45,452 nt of DNA from a virus (Duplodnaviria; Caudoviricetes). The DNA lies in IMG/VR virus record IMGVR_UViG_3300034682_000426, positions 1 through 45,452 of that record, one strand, 5' to 3'. The translations under genes were made by a program, and so were the position numbers. Under the pieces are notes generated by a model, which worked only from the letters and a program-made list of their open reading frames with translations, ran no database searches and was not told where the DNA came from. Below are positions 8,915 through 18,169 of this stretch, in pieces. Every line of letters begins with the position of its first letter. Position 1 is the first letter of the stretch.

Positions 8915-9489
8915 GTTCCCCTCGCTAAATCAACGACCTTTTGGATTAGAGATGAATTGCTCGTCGGCACCAAGGATTTCACGCCGGTGTTCTGTACCGG
9001 CGCGGTGCTAACCCCTTCCTGCATATTGGCTTTATCTGTGACGGTAATGCTCTGCGTATTGGACATAATCACTTCACGCAACGTTAAGATGCAGGAAAGC
9101 ACATTCTCACTTGTTCGATCAGTAGTTACCTCGATTGCGCGGATCAGCATGTTGGTATAGGTCCGCTTTCCCGTCACAACATCGATAGGCCTTCTGTCCT
9201 GCTGGGCCTGAAGCAGTTGGGCGTATATATCACGCGGACTTTCCCCTATACGCAGGCCTATACTGGAAAAGTTCACCAGATCCAAGATTGACCCGCCGCC
9301 AGCGAATCCACACTCCATTGTTACTTCGCTGGCTCGCTTGTAAGCGTGGTCGTTGATAGATGCCCCAAACTCCACTGGATGCTCAGTAATTTCCAGTGCA
9401 TCCACATGCTTTTCAGAAACCACGACATCAGGCACAAAGATACCAATCTTCCTCGATTGCAGCCGAAAGATGGCCGACAGAATATCCAT
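8911..9489 (-). CDS. Tail tube initiator/Dit-like baseplate protein
   Basis: ITEHPVEFGASINDHAY and VVTGKRTYTNMLI motifs; follows tape measure. Confidence 0.8.
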   Translation of the reverse strand: MDILSAIFRLQSRKIGIFVPDVVVSEKHVDALEITEHPVEFGASINDHAYKRASEVTMECGFAGGGSILDLVNFSSIGLRIGESPRDIYAQLLQAQQDRRPIDVVTGKRTYTNMLIRAIEVTTDRTSENVLSCILTLREVIMSNTQSITVTDKANMQEGVSTAPVQNTGVKSLVPTSNSSLIQKVVDLARGT

Positions 9490-11441
9490 CAGTAAACCCT
9501 CGGTTGAAGTTGCTGCGTGAGGCGGGAGTTAACACCAGATTGACGATCTGCCACTTCCCGTCCCGTAGATGCCGGATCATTCACGCCGTAGATATTGATG
9601 TTGGTTTCCTGGCTAATCTGGGCTGCCGCCTGGTTTGCTGCGAGGCTCGCTACGGGGGAGTTCCATTGCCCGTAGCCTTCCTTGCGGGACATGGCCTGCA
9701 GAAGGTTACTGAACTGCTGCGGGTCGCTCAGGTTCAACTTATCCTTGGCCCCCACGCCCATCATGTTGGCGACAAAGTTGGAGTATGCCTCCGGATCGTT
9801 ATTATCAGCTGCAGGGGCATATTTATGGACAATATCCCAGATGGACTGGAGTTTTTTATAACCAGCCGCGGCGCTCTTACCTGTGAAGTAAAGGCGGATT
9901 TGCCTGGCCATTGCCATCCAGCCCTCAAGAGGAGATTGGTACTGCCCGAACTGACCATTGAGTTCGCGCATGTTCCCCGGGTTGTTGTTCCGGTCAGCCA
10001 GGGTTTTACCTGCCCCCCCACTATCGCTGAACAGCCATCCATTGAACGTCTGTCCGATACTCCTGGGGTCGAAGCCGGTTCTGTTTTTAATCCATTCGGC
10101 GGTGTTATTGGCGCTGTCCGAGACAGCCGGCAAAGCGTCCTGGCCTTGTCCCTGCGCCAGCAGACTTTTGCCAATCGAATAAGCGTCGGACCAGCGGCCC
10201 TCGTTGATGGCGTTTATCAGCTCGCCAATCATCTTGATCATCTTGCCAAACTCACCGAACTGCTTCGTGAGGTTGTCGATGTCGCCTTTCAGGGTCCAGT
10301 TTTTGAGGTTGATGTTGAGCAATTTAGCGATCTCAACACCTATCGCTTTTACTGAATCACGCAGCTCGCCGAGTGACTTCAGGGCCGAGTTAATCTCCGG
10401 CTCCCACTTATCCCAGGCGATCAGGCTTTTCCCGCCCTCCTTCCATGTCTGGTAGTCCTCAATAAGCGCCAGTATTGCGCCACCGAGGGCTATCACAAGG
10501 CCGAGGGGAGACTTCAAAAACTCGGAATTGAGAACCTGCCAGGCGGACACCAGGGCAGAAACCAGGGCGATCAGCTGCTGAATATCCGGAGGCAGCTTTT
10601 TAAACCACTCAATCAGGCCGCCGACTGCTTGCGATACACGCCACGCCATCTGGGCAATAGCATCGGCCGCAAAGAGCACTCCCTTGACTACTTTGGTGAC
10701 GACGTTCTCTATCTTCGGCCAGTTCTCCAGCATCTGCTTGCTGAGGTTGTTCAGCGTGCCGCTCAGGCCACCAGCCAGGTTAGAGCCGACCTTATCGCGC
10801 AGGATCCCCAGCAGCGAAACGAATTTACGCATGGAGGTCATGAACTTATTGGACTGCTGCGCGGCCTTGTCGGCGTCAAACCCTGTCTTGTGCATCATCG
10901 ACTGGTATTCAGCCGTGAAGCCAGACATCCCCCGGCGCATCGCCATCAGGGTGTTTTCATCGATGCCCAGCATCTGCGCGTACTGGTTTGCCCGGTAATA
11001 CGGCATGCTGCTGAGCCGCTGACCGACACCAGTGAAGATCGCCGACATGTCGCGCATTTGCCCGGACGCATCCCGCGTCTGCACGCCAAGGCGGTTCAGG
11101 AAACCCTCAGCACCCGGGTTGCTGCGCATGAATCGCGCCAGGCTCTCCAGAGAGTTCTGGGCAGCCTCGGCGCTGGAGCCAGTTTGTGAGGCTGCATATC
11201 CCAATGCCTTGATGCCGTTGACCGTGGCCCCGGTGCGCTGTGAGGCCCAGTACAGCTTGTCCAGTCCATTGGCGATCGAGGTGGTGAACCCCACAATCGC
11301 CAGCGCCGTTGATTCCACCGCGGCCCCCAGCTTAACGACGTTCGCCGCTACGCCTTTGAGCGTGGCTTCAAACTTCGCCTGGCCAGCGCCATCGATATCG
11401 AACCCCAGAGAGACCAGGTAATCACGGATAGTATCAGCCAT
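9489..11441 (-). CDS. Tape measure protein with C-terminal lysozyme-like domain
   Basis: 650 aa, helical and Ala-rich; MADTIRDYLVSLGF start; RNNNPGNMR...KYAPAADNNDPEAY muralytic-like motif. Confidence 0.85.
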   Translation of the reverse strand: MADTIRDYLVSLGFDIDGAGQAKFEATLKGVAANVVKLGAAVESTALAIVGFTTSIANGLDKLYWASQRTGATVNGIKALGYAASQTGSSAEAAQNSLESLARFMRSNPGAEGFLNRLGVQTRDASGQMRDMSAIFTGVGQRLSSMPYYRANQYAQMLGIDENTLMAMRRGMSGFTAEYQSMMHKTGFDADKAAQQSNKFMTSMRKFVSLLGILRDKVGSNLAGGLSGTLNNLSKQMLENWPKIENVVTKVVKGVLFAADAIAQMAWRVSQAVGGLIEWFKKLPPDIQQLIALVSALVSAWQVLNSEFLKSPLGLVIALGGAILALIEDYQTWKEGGKSLIAWDKWEPEINSALKSLGELRDSVKAIGVEIAKLLNINLKNWTLKGDIDNLTKQFGEFGKMIKMIGELINAINEGRWSDAYSIGKSLLAQGQGQDALPAVSDSANNTAEWIKNRTGFDPRSIGQTFNGWLFSDSGGAGKTLADRNNNPGNMRELNGQFGQYQSPLEGWMAMARQIRLYFTGKSAAAGYKKLQSIWDIVHKYAPAADNNDPEAYSNFVANMMGVGAKDKLNLSDPQQFSNLLQAMSRKEGYGQWNSPVASLAANQAAAQISQETNINIYGVNDPASTGREVADRQSGVNSRLTQQLQPRVY

Positions 11442-11679
11442 TGTTCTGGGCTCTCCATTTGGCTACGCGCGCGTCGTTATCGTCACGCATATCGAGGTAA
11501 TCGTTAAGCAGCGCGATGCGGCACAGGTCCACTGCACCGCTGTCGAGGTCTTTCTGATCGAGGTTGAAGGCGAGCGCCGGGCGAAGGATGTAATCTTCAC
11601 CGCCAGGCAGAGTGTTAAAGGTTATTCCGCAGGCTGGGTGCTCGTCTCGCTGGTAGGAAGTCCTTGCAAAAAATTTCCC
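11434..11679 (-). CDS. Tail assembly chaperone -1 frameshift extension (gpT-like)
   Basis: Open -1 frame from GGGAAATTTTTTG (11679-11667) reading ...LPGGEDYILRP...DLCRIALLNDYL...NG, stop at 11434; no upstream ATG of its own. Confidence 0.8.
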   Translation of the reverse strand, partial: GKFFARTSYQRDEHPACGITFNTLPGGEDYILRPALAFNLDQKDLDSGAVDLCRIALLNDYLDMRDDNDARVAKWRAQNNG

Positions 11680-12047
11680 AGAGAATCCGCGACCACCCGC
11701 GCCACCAGCTGCAGCATCACGAACAGGTCGATATCATCGAATGCCATAGTGTTCTGCTGGCAGATTGGCACCCAGACTTTACCGTGCTGACGCGCCACCA
11801 CCTGCAGGCACGGGAACAGGATCGCATCCACATCAGCATCGCTGAGGCCGGAAACAGCGTCAGCAATCTTCGGCAGGATGCTTTCCAGCGCGCCCTCAGT
11901 ATCCTTGGCGCTGATCCGTGATTGGATATTGCGGAAGTCAGAGACAAGGCCCGCCAGCACGGGAAGGAGCTTACGGGAGACCTTAAGCTGCTCGAAGACG
12001 CTCAGTTTGCCGATACGGTACTGCTGATCCTTGATGGTGATTTCCAT
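11622..12047 (-). CDS. Tail assembly chaperone (gpG-like)
   Basis: Between tube and tape measure; slippery run near the 3' end. Confidence 0.85.
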   Translation of the reverse strand: MEITIKDQQYRIGKLSVFEQLKVSRKLLPVLAGLVSDFRNIQSRISAKDTEGALESILPKIADAVSGLSDADVDAILFPCLQVVARQHGKVWVPICQQNTMAFDDIDLFVMLQLVARVVADSLGNFLQGLPTSETSTQPAE

Positions 12048-12050
12048 GTA

Positions 12051-12494
12051 TTAGTACTCCCCCAGGAACGGGTCGATTTTGATGCAGTCGAACACCCAGG
12101 CTACCGTGCTGCCCTCTTTGGCGTTCTGCCAGTCCGGGTGCTTCTGGAATGCACCGCCGCGCGCGGTCATGATGTCGCCGGAGGCGGTATTGCGGAACAC
12201 GAATACGTTATTGCCCCACAGCGCAGAAGACACGCTCTGCGCGTTATAGGCCAGCGACAGTTTTTTGTTCACCGGCGAAGTCTTCAGCAGGTTAACGGTC
12301 ACCGTCCCTGCCTTGCCCGCGTGCAGGGAGTGCATGCCCTCACCGTCAGCACCGATCGTCATGGTGTTTTTGTTTTCCACCATAGTGATGGTGATGCCCT
12401 CTTCGGAGTTGGCAGAGCCAGCCCCGAGATCAATCACCCCGGTGGGGCCCGTCATTGACCCCGTGATATCAAGAAAGCTATAGGTTGAACCCAT
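12051..12494 (-). CDS. Tail tube protein (DUF3277-like)
   Basis: TYSFLD and MTIGADGEGMHS motifs; 147 aa after sheath. Confidence 0.85.
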   Translation of the reverse strand: MGSTYSFLDITGSMTGPTGVIDLGAGSANSEEGITITMVENKNTMTIGADGEGMHSLHAGKAGTVTVNLLKTSPVNKKLSLAYNAQSVSSALWGNNVFVFRNTASGDIMTARGGAFQKHPDWQNAKEGSTVAWVFDCIKIDPFLGEY

Positions 12495-12496
12495 GT

Positions 12497-13132
12497 TTAT
12501 TTCATCCTGTTTGCACCTCCTTTCCTCGCGTTTTCAGCAAGAGTAAGAGGCTGGATATTAGAAAAATGGCAGGCCTTGGCCGCCTGGATTTCATCAGTTA
12601 AGTCGAATGCTGTTAGCGGGATGACGTGGTCGAAAGTCCACTCGACCCCGTAATTTTCCCAGCTCATTTCAGAGGAAAACTTATCTTCAATGTGTCGAAT
12701 GAACTGAGCCTCATCGCAGCCAGCCATAATGGATTTAAACCTACCAATGCCTCTAACCCACCGGGTTAGCCGTCGATTGATATACTTCCTCAATGAAAAC
12801 TGAGGATTTTCTTTCCATTGCTGACTGTTCCATTCAGCCTGGCGCTTATAGGCCTCTGTGCGGTTTTTACGCTGATACTCAAGCGATGACTGGCGATGCT
12901 CTGTTGGGTTTTCCCAATAGCGGTCCCTGACGCGCGCCTTTATTTCTTCGCCATTTTGCTGGTAGTAAATTTTTGCTTTTACGCTAAGTGCATCTTTATT
13001 TTCTTGATAGTAGGTTTTTTTGTGAGCGGAGCAGCACGACTTACACCAGTAATGCAAGCCGTCTGACCTCCGCTTATTTTTACCGAAACTATCAAGAGTT
13101 TTTTCTTCGCCGCAGCGAGTGCATTTTTTCAT
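12497..13132 (-). CDS. Free-standing HNH homing endonuclease
   Basis: N-terminal CxxC...CxxC; C-terminal WTFDHVIPL...CHFSNIQPL...EN..KG; inserted between sheath and tube. Confidence 0.85.
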   Translation of the reverse strand: MKKCTRCGEEKTLDSFGKNKRRSDGLHYWCKSCCSAHKKTYYQENKDALSVKAKIYYQQNGEEIKARVRDRYWENPTEHRQSSLEYQRKNRTEAYKRQAEWNSQQWKENPQFSLRKYINRRLTRWVRGIGRFKSIMAGCDEAQFIRHIEDKFSSEMSWENYGVEWTFDHVIPLTAFDLTDEIQAAKACHFSNIQPLTLAENARKGGANRMK

Positions 13133-13162
13133 TGCTTTTCCATTGACATCAAAAAAGCAATG
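13130..13162 (-). promoter_or_regulatory. Hairpin occluding the HNH RBS and start codon
   Basis: CATTGCTTTT (13130-13139) and AAAAGCAATG (13153-13162) form a perfect 10-bp inverted repeat including the ATG. Confidence 0.65.
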
Positions 13163-13171
13163 ATAGCATTT

Positions 13172-14662
13172 TTAGCGCACCACGTTAATCAATACGTCAG
13201 CGAAGTGGATAGCACCCGCCAGTTTCGTCGCCACCTGAATCACTGGTGCTTTGCGCGCTTCGCGATCTGCCTGCGCCTGGGCGTTGAGCGGATTCGCGTA
13301 AACGTAATAGCCCTTCGACAGGGTGTCGCCAGGAGACAGCTGGCCGATACTTCCGCCGTTCCAGACTCCCGGTGCCACCAGCCCGTTATTCACCGACTGA
13401 TCCATCGACTGCTCGATGTTCGTCACCAGGCGCGTCACGCCGGCTTCGGTTTGAGGAATTTTGGTGGTGGAGGTGTACAGCAGATTCCAGAGGTTGTTCT
13501 GGACGTAGTTCTGCAGCCAGTCGAGGCCGTGGCGCTCATCGAAGAAATCACCGTTGCACATCACGCCTTCCTGGATGATGGCGGTGTCGTTGGCGTAACG
13601 CACAAACACGTTGCAGTTTTTGGCCTTCAGTGTGTCGGCCTGCTGCGCGGTGATCGTCTCAGCGGTAATGCCCGGTTCCTGCTTGAACTTCAGGGTAATA
13701 GTGGTGTTATTGCCCAGGAAGTTCACAGTAAACGCCCGGCCAAATGCCGACGCCGCGGCATAAGGCACCTGACTGTACTGGCAGAAGGTACGCCCGTAAC
13801 CCGCAGCTTTTAGCTTGTAGGCGATATCCGTGGTGCTGGTCGAATCCAGAACCGCAGCAGCAGCGGTGCTGACGCCATACACGCGGGAGTCGCTTGCGGA
13901 GCCAATCAGCGCGGAAACGTCCAGGTGGTCCTGATCCGTCATTGCCGTATCAGCGATCACCAGCCCATACCAGTCAGCGGAGTAGCTGAGCGCGGTGTTT
14001 ACCGATGGCAGGACGGATGTCGATGCGGCCTGGCCGTTTACCACAGTAGGCTTATGCGCCGAATCGATACCCAGCAGCGGTGCCAGGTCTGTGCCGGTAC
14101 CCGCAGCCGTCGGGATGCCGATTGCGGAAGATGCCCCGGTGGTGGTCGAGGTGATAACGAACTGGCTGGAACCAGCCACCCAGGACACCGTAGCGCCGGT
14201 CATCTTCGCGGTGATCGCCGTCGCTACACCGGCAAGGTCGGTAACCGCCGAGAGGTTAATCGCAGTGAGCGTAACGACGGTGCCGTTAATCGAAAGCTTC
14301 AGTGCGCCAGCTGTCACGGCAGTGAAGTTCGTCAACGTCTTCTCAGCAGTTGAGAGGACGGCACCGGTCAGCTTGCCAGACGAGGCAGTAACAGAGGTGC
14401 GGGTCAGTTTGCCGATATACAGATCGCGAGGCTGCGGCGACTGCTGGAAGTAGAGGTTAGCCGCTTTGTACTCTTCAGCACTGGTGCCAAAGTCCGTGGC
14501 GACGCTTTCAATGCTCTGGTAGAGGCGCATCACCTCTGGTGCGGTGATCACGCTGGACGTGCCAAGCACCAGCAGCGCCCCAAAATTGCGCCCGGCCGCC
14601 GCACGAACGGCGAGCGAGACCTGCACGTTCACGACGCGCTGGACAGATAAGCCGTTAGGCAT
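13172..14662 (-). CDS. Tail sheath protein (DUF3383 family)
   Basis: 496 aa; [22 protein letters not shown] and LAGAIH motifs. Confidence 0.9.
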   Translation of the reverse strand: MPNGLSVQRVVNVQVSLAVRAAAGRNFGALLVLGTSSVITAPEVMRLYQSIESVATDFGTSAEEYKAANLYFQQSPQPRDLYIGKLTRTSVTASSGKLTGAVLSTAEKTLTNFTAVTAGALKLSINGTVVTLTAINLSAVTDLAGVATAITAKMTGATVSWVAGSSQFVITSTTTGASSAIGIPTAAGTGTDLAPLLGIDSAHKPTVVNGQAASTSVLPSVNTALSYSADWYGLVIADTAMTDQDHLDVSALIGSASDSRVYGVSTAAAAVLDSTSTTDIAYKLKAAGYGRTFCQYSQVPYAAASAFGRAFTVNFLGNNTTITLKFKQEPGITAETITAQQADTLKAKNCNVFVRYANDTAIIQEGVMCNGDFFDERHGLDWLQNYVQNNLWNLLYTSTTKIPQTEAGVTRLVTNIEQSMDQSVNNGLVAPGVWNGGSIGQLSPGDTLSKGYYVYANPLNAQAQADREARKAPVIQVATKLAGAIHFADVLINVVR

Positions 14663-14665
14663 GGT

Positions 14666-15208
14666 TTATTCTCCGAAAAATTGAACTGGAGCAGAGAGGA
14701 TCGATTTGATGCCGTACTCACGCTCTACCTTGCGGCGGAGGGTCACGGACAGGTCGTAGCGGCGCTGCCACTGGTTGTTGATGAGTTCCGGCGCAGGGAT
14801 GATTCGCCCCACCTCGCCGACGGTGAGGCCGACCCGGTTGAGTTCTGCGTTGTTCTGCGGCACAAACAGGCCGCTGCGGAACGTTTTGGCGTAAGCCTGA
14901 CCGTCGGGGCCGTAAAAGCAGCAGAGCACCACCAGCGTTTCGTATTGCCACTGATAATCGGTGTCGTCGTCTTTGGTTACGGATGCCGGGTTGGCCGCGT
15001 CCTGAAAGTCGGAAATGTTGAACCCGCACCAGCTGCTACCCAGAGCGGGGATGGTGGGCTGTGGATCGGTGAAGCGCGACATGGCCATACCGTCAGGAAG
15101 ACCAGAAACACCACGAATCCACCGGCTGATTTCACGCTCCAGCGCCTGGTCGTACTGCGGCACCGGGCTGGTCGGCGTCAGGTAACCCGGTTGCGTGGTG
15201 TCATTCAA
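14666..15208 (-). CDS. Tail terminator/neck protein
   Basis: PELINNQWQRRYD motif; directly upstream of sheath. Confidence 0.75.
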   Translation of the reverse strand: MNDTTQPGYLTPTSPVPQYDQALEREISRWIRGVSGLPDGMAMSRFTDPQPTIPALGSSWCGFNISDFQDAANPASVTKDDDTDYQWQYETLVVLCCFYGPDGQAYAKTFRSGLFVPQNNAELNRVGLTVGEVGRIIPAPELINNQWQRRYDLSVTLRRKVEREYGIKSILSAPVQFFGE

Positions 15209-15587
15209 CTGGCGTACCTCCGTCGAACTCCATCAGCTCACAGTGAGCCTGAACAAACCCGGCACCGTACGAGGTGTACGGATCCACAAACGTGACGCGA
15301 TAATGCCGGCCGTTATAGAGCACCACATCAGCATCCAGCCCTGGCTGACCCTGAGTTAAGCGGAATGTGGTCACCACCAGTATCGCACCGCCAATAACCT
15401 GCCCTGCCGCCATGCGTTTGGCTTCCAGCGAACGGTCCACCGTCACCACGCCGTTGAAGGGGATCTCCTCTTTGGTGTTGGTCGCGAATCCGTCAGCGTC
15501 TTTCGCCTGGTGGTTGCGGGTGCAGACCAGGCTGTAATCGCAGAAATCAGGATCCGACAGCACCTCAGTGACATCGAGAAAAGGCAT
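15201..15587 (-). CDS. Head-tail adaptor/closure protein
   Basis: MPFLDVTEVLSDPDF start; synteny. Confidence 0.7.
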   Translation of the reverse strand: MPFLDVTEVLSDPDFCDYSLVCTRNHQAKDADGFATNTKEEIPFNGVVTVDRSLEAKRMAAGQVIGGAILVVTTFRLTQGQPGLDADVVLYNGRHYRVTFVDPYTSYGAGFVQAHCELMEFDGGTPVE

Positions 15588-16093
15588 TATTTTTTACCTC
15601 TTACAACGAAGGTTATCGAGCGAAGCAGGTAGCCGTGGTCATACAGCGGCTTAATGCCTGCGAACCCGCGCCCCCTGCGCTTCTGGATGGTGAAATCCGA
15701 TATCGGTGCCAGCCGGTCCCCGTCCGTAATAACGCGCTTAGCGGCATCTGATGCCAGTTGGCCGGCAGAGGTAAGTTCGCGCTCAGCACCAGAGAAATTG
15801 CCATCCAGCGCATGACCAGCAGCCATTTTGAGGTGTTCAGCAGTTACCTTTGCCGAATCCTCAATACCGATGTCCAGGAACGGACGCGGCGGCAAGGTCA
15901 CCTCCTGCCCACCAAGCCGGACCGTAGCCCCGGTGGATTGCAGATAGGCAATCTCAGCGTTGTTGAGCTCTTCCCCGTCTTCACGCACAGCGTTGGATTC
16001 AGGAATGCCCACCAGCACATCCATGCGGGACAGCCTCTCCAGACCGGCCAGCACTGAGGCGGCATTGTCCACCCTGATCTTTACGCCGCTCAT
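15587..16093 (-). CDS. Neck/tail completion protein
   Basis: VLVGIP, PPRPFL and KPLYDHGYL motifs; ATG at 16093 overlaps the upstream stop. Confidence 0.75.
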   Translation of the reverse strand: MSGVKIRVDNAASVLAGLERLSRMDVLVGIPESNAVREDGEELNNAEIAYLQSTGATVRLGGQEVTLPPRPFLDIGIEDSAKVTAEHLKMAAGHALDGNFSGAERELTSAGQLASDAAKRVITDGDRLAPISDFTIQKRRGRGFAGIKPLYDHGYLLRSITFVVRGKK

Positions 16094-16494
16094 AACAGTT
16101 GCCGCCCTCCAGCGCCAGACATCGACCACCACCAGAAGAACTCCTGGCCGTATCCGGTTTTGTTCCAGAATCCGGCGTCGGGGTTGATGGTGCCCGAGTT
16201 GTCATAGCTGACGCTGACCTTATCGACAGACTTTGACGACGCCACGCCGCTGCCAGCCGTATTCACACCACCAGCAGCGCCAGCCGTTGCCCGCCCACGC
16301 AATTCTGCATAGTGAGCCGTGAACAACTCAGCGAGGTAAACAAACTGGCAGCCGAACACATCCTGATTGAGCAGGCAATCAGCCTGATTCAGGTAGAAAT
16401 TTACGGATGTATCGGGGTATCTGGCTTTGTTGGCGAACTCAGGGAAGTCGGTGCGGAACTGGTCACTTGTTGGCAGAAGGCTGTTTTTTGGCAT
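16090..16494 (-). CDS. Head-tail connector, DUF4054 family
   Basis: FRTDFPEF, LFTAHY and WNKTGYGQEF motifs; ATG at 16494 with GGAGG upstream. Confidence 0.85.
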   Translation of the reverse strand: MPKNSLLPTSDQFRTDFPEFANKARYPDTSVNFYLNQADCLLNQDVFGCQFVYLAELFTAHYAELRGRATAGAAGGVNTAGSGVASSKSVDKVSVSYDNSGTINPDAGFWNKTGYGQEFFWWWSMSGAGGRQLL

Positions 16495-16651
16495 TGCCAG
16501 CCTCCTTCTCAATTGGCTCAGCGTAAGCACTGAATGCCCAGTGCTCTGTTACGTCATCTTCCACATCCTGTACGCCTGGCGCTAACTCAACCCGGCGACC
16601 GTCAGGGAACTGCAGCACTGCGCTGCGATGAACGATGCATTTCATATCCAT
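16463..16651 (-). CDS. Small head-region hypothetical protein
   Basis: 62 aa with GGAG RBS, directly after the capsid gene. Confidence 0.65.
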   Translation of the reverse strand: MDMKCIVHRSAVLQFPDGRRVELAPGVQDVEDDVTEHWAFSAYAEPIEKEAGNAKKQPSANK

Positions 16652-16684
16652 GCTCCATAAAGGCGGGTTGCCCCGCCATGAGGG

Positions 16685-17629
16685 TTACGCTACAGGCACG
16701 TCCATGTAGGAAATGGTGTTGCCGTACGGAGTTTCTACCTGGCCCAGGCGGCCATAGTAGGTGGTCAGCTGGTACAGGCCGCGGTATTCCAGCGGAGTAT
16801 TCAGCAGCGGAACCAGCGGGAAGCGGATGAATTTCTCATCCTGGGTGTACGCAACGACACGGTGAGCGCCGGATGCTCCGCGCTTGGATGCCCACTTCAT
16901 GGAGACGATTTCCAGTGGCACGCCGTTCTCCTGGAACGCGATGCAGTTGATCTTCACGTACTCCAGCACGGAGATGTTGCCCGCGTCAGAAACCTTTTTG
17001 CTCGCCAGCAGGCCGAACAATTCAGGTGCCAGACCGACTTTAGCCGGGCAGATCGCATAACCAGAATTAACCCATGCCTGGGAAAGAAGGAGGTTAAAGT
17101 CCTGCACGATTTCGTCAGGTGTGGCGGTAGCCCACGCTTTAGCCGCGCTGATTGGTGTCACCTGAGAGAGGTTCAGCAGGCCAGTAACACCCAGATCGCT
17201 GTCGCCGATGTAAACCTGCTCATCGATGTCCATGTTCCACTTCAGCTGCATGGCATCATACTTCTGGCTGTCTACAGGACGGCCTACCTGCTGCGCAGAT
17301 GCCAGCTCAGGGAGAGTCCAGCCCAGCTCCATACCCCACAGGCTCAGTGGCTGTGCGGTCTTCTCGATGTAGAGGTTGGTCTGCGGGATCGCGGTAGAGT
17401 TCTTGCCAATCCAGTTCTTACCGTTCGGGTTCACGCCACCGGCGGCCGCCAAATCGGTGTTGGTGAAGGATGACTGCTCGTCAGCGATAGAAACGTCGCT
17501 GCGCAGCGGCATGTCACGCGACCATTTATAACTGACCAGCGGCAAGTTAAGCGTCTGGTCAAGGCGCTCAAGTTCGCCGACCAGGAATACGCCAGCAGCG
17601 TCTACGGTGGCTTTATCGATAGTAAACAT
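16685..17629 (-). CDS. Major capsid protein (DUF2184 family)
   Basis: GELERLDQTL and YIGDSDLGVTGLLN motifs; 314 aa. Confidence 0.9.
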   Translation of the reverse strand: MFTIDKATVDAAGVFLVGELERLDQTLNLPLVSYKWSRDMPLRSDVSIADEQSSFTNTDLAAAGGVNPNGKNWIGKNSTAIPQTNLYIEKTAQPLSLWGMELGWTLPELASAQQVGRPVDSQKYDAMQLKWNMDIDEQVYIGDSDLGVTGLLNLSQVTPISAAKAWATATPDEIVQDFNLLLSQAWVNSGYAICPAKVGLAPELFGLLASKKVSDAGNISVLEYVKINCIAFQENGVPLEIVSMKWASKRGASGAHRVVAYTQDEKFIRFPLVPLLNTPLEYRGLYQLTTYYGRLGQVETPYGNTISYMDVPVA

Positions 17630-17639
17630 TCATCGTTCC

Positions 17640-18158
17640 TTAGATGTTGTAGGCGATTTCAACGTTGCCGTGGGTGGTGGTTGCCGCTGCATCGCCGGGG
17701 CCCATCACCTTGGCGGTGGTCAGCTCCGGGGTGTTTGCGGCGGTGCTGTCTGGGGTGAGCACAATGGAGCCCAGAGGACTGGAAGCCGTCGGCGCAGCGA
17801 CGCGGATATAAACCTTGTCGCCTTTCTTGGCAGTACCTGCCTGAGCCGTAGGGACAGCCACGCAGATGTAACCACGCTTCAGCTGGTCGCCAGTGTAGCC
17901 AGCCGTAACACCGAGTGCGCGAGCGTCTGTTGGGTTGGTGGTTGGGTACGGACGAATAAAGATGCCAGCAACATCAGCGATGGTGTCGCCTGCTTCCAGC
18001 GGTACGAATTTACCGTTGAGGTTTTTGCCAGCCAGCCCGTAAGAAGGGAATGGCTTAGAAGCATCGAGGATTGCAGGCTCGGCGGTGAGATCCTGCGGAC
18101 GAGTAACGGCGCCAGGGAAACCAATCCCCATGCGAGTCAAATAAGCTTTACCAGCCAT
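17640..18158 (-). CDS. Capsid decoration/cement protein
   Basis: Between protease and MCP; RPYPT motif and EIAYNI terminus. Confidence 0.75.
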   Translation of the reverse strand: MAGKAYLTRMGIGFPGAVTRPQDLTAEPAILDASKPFPSYGLAGKNLNGKFVPLEAGDTIADVAGIFIRPYPTTNPTDARALGVTAGYTGDQLKRGYICVAVPTAQAGTAKKGDKVYIRVAAPTASSPLGSIVLTPDSTAANTPELTTAKVMGPGDAAATTTHGNVEIAYNI

Positions 18159-18169
18159 TGTTGGTTACC

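Noticed and set aside
9396-10355. 319-aa plus-strand ORF
   Set aside because: Antisense shadow of the tape measure gene; no RBS or recognisable motif.
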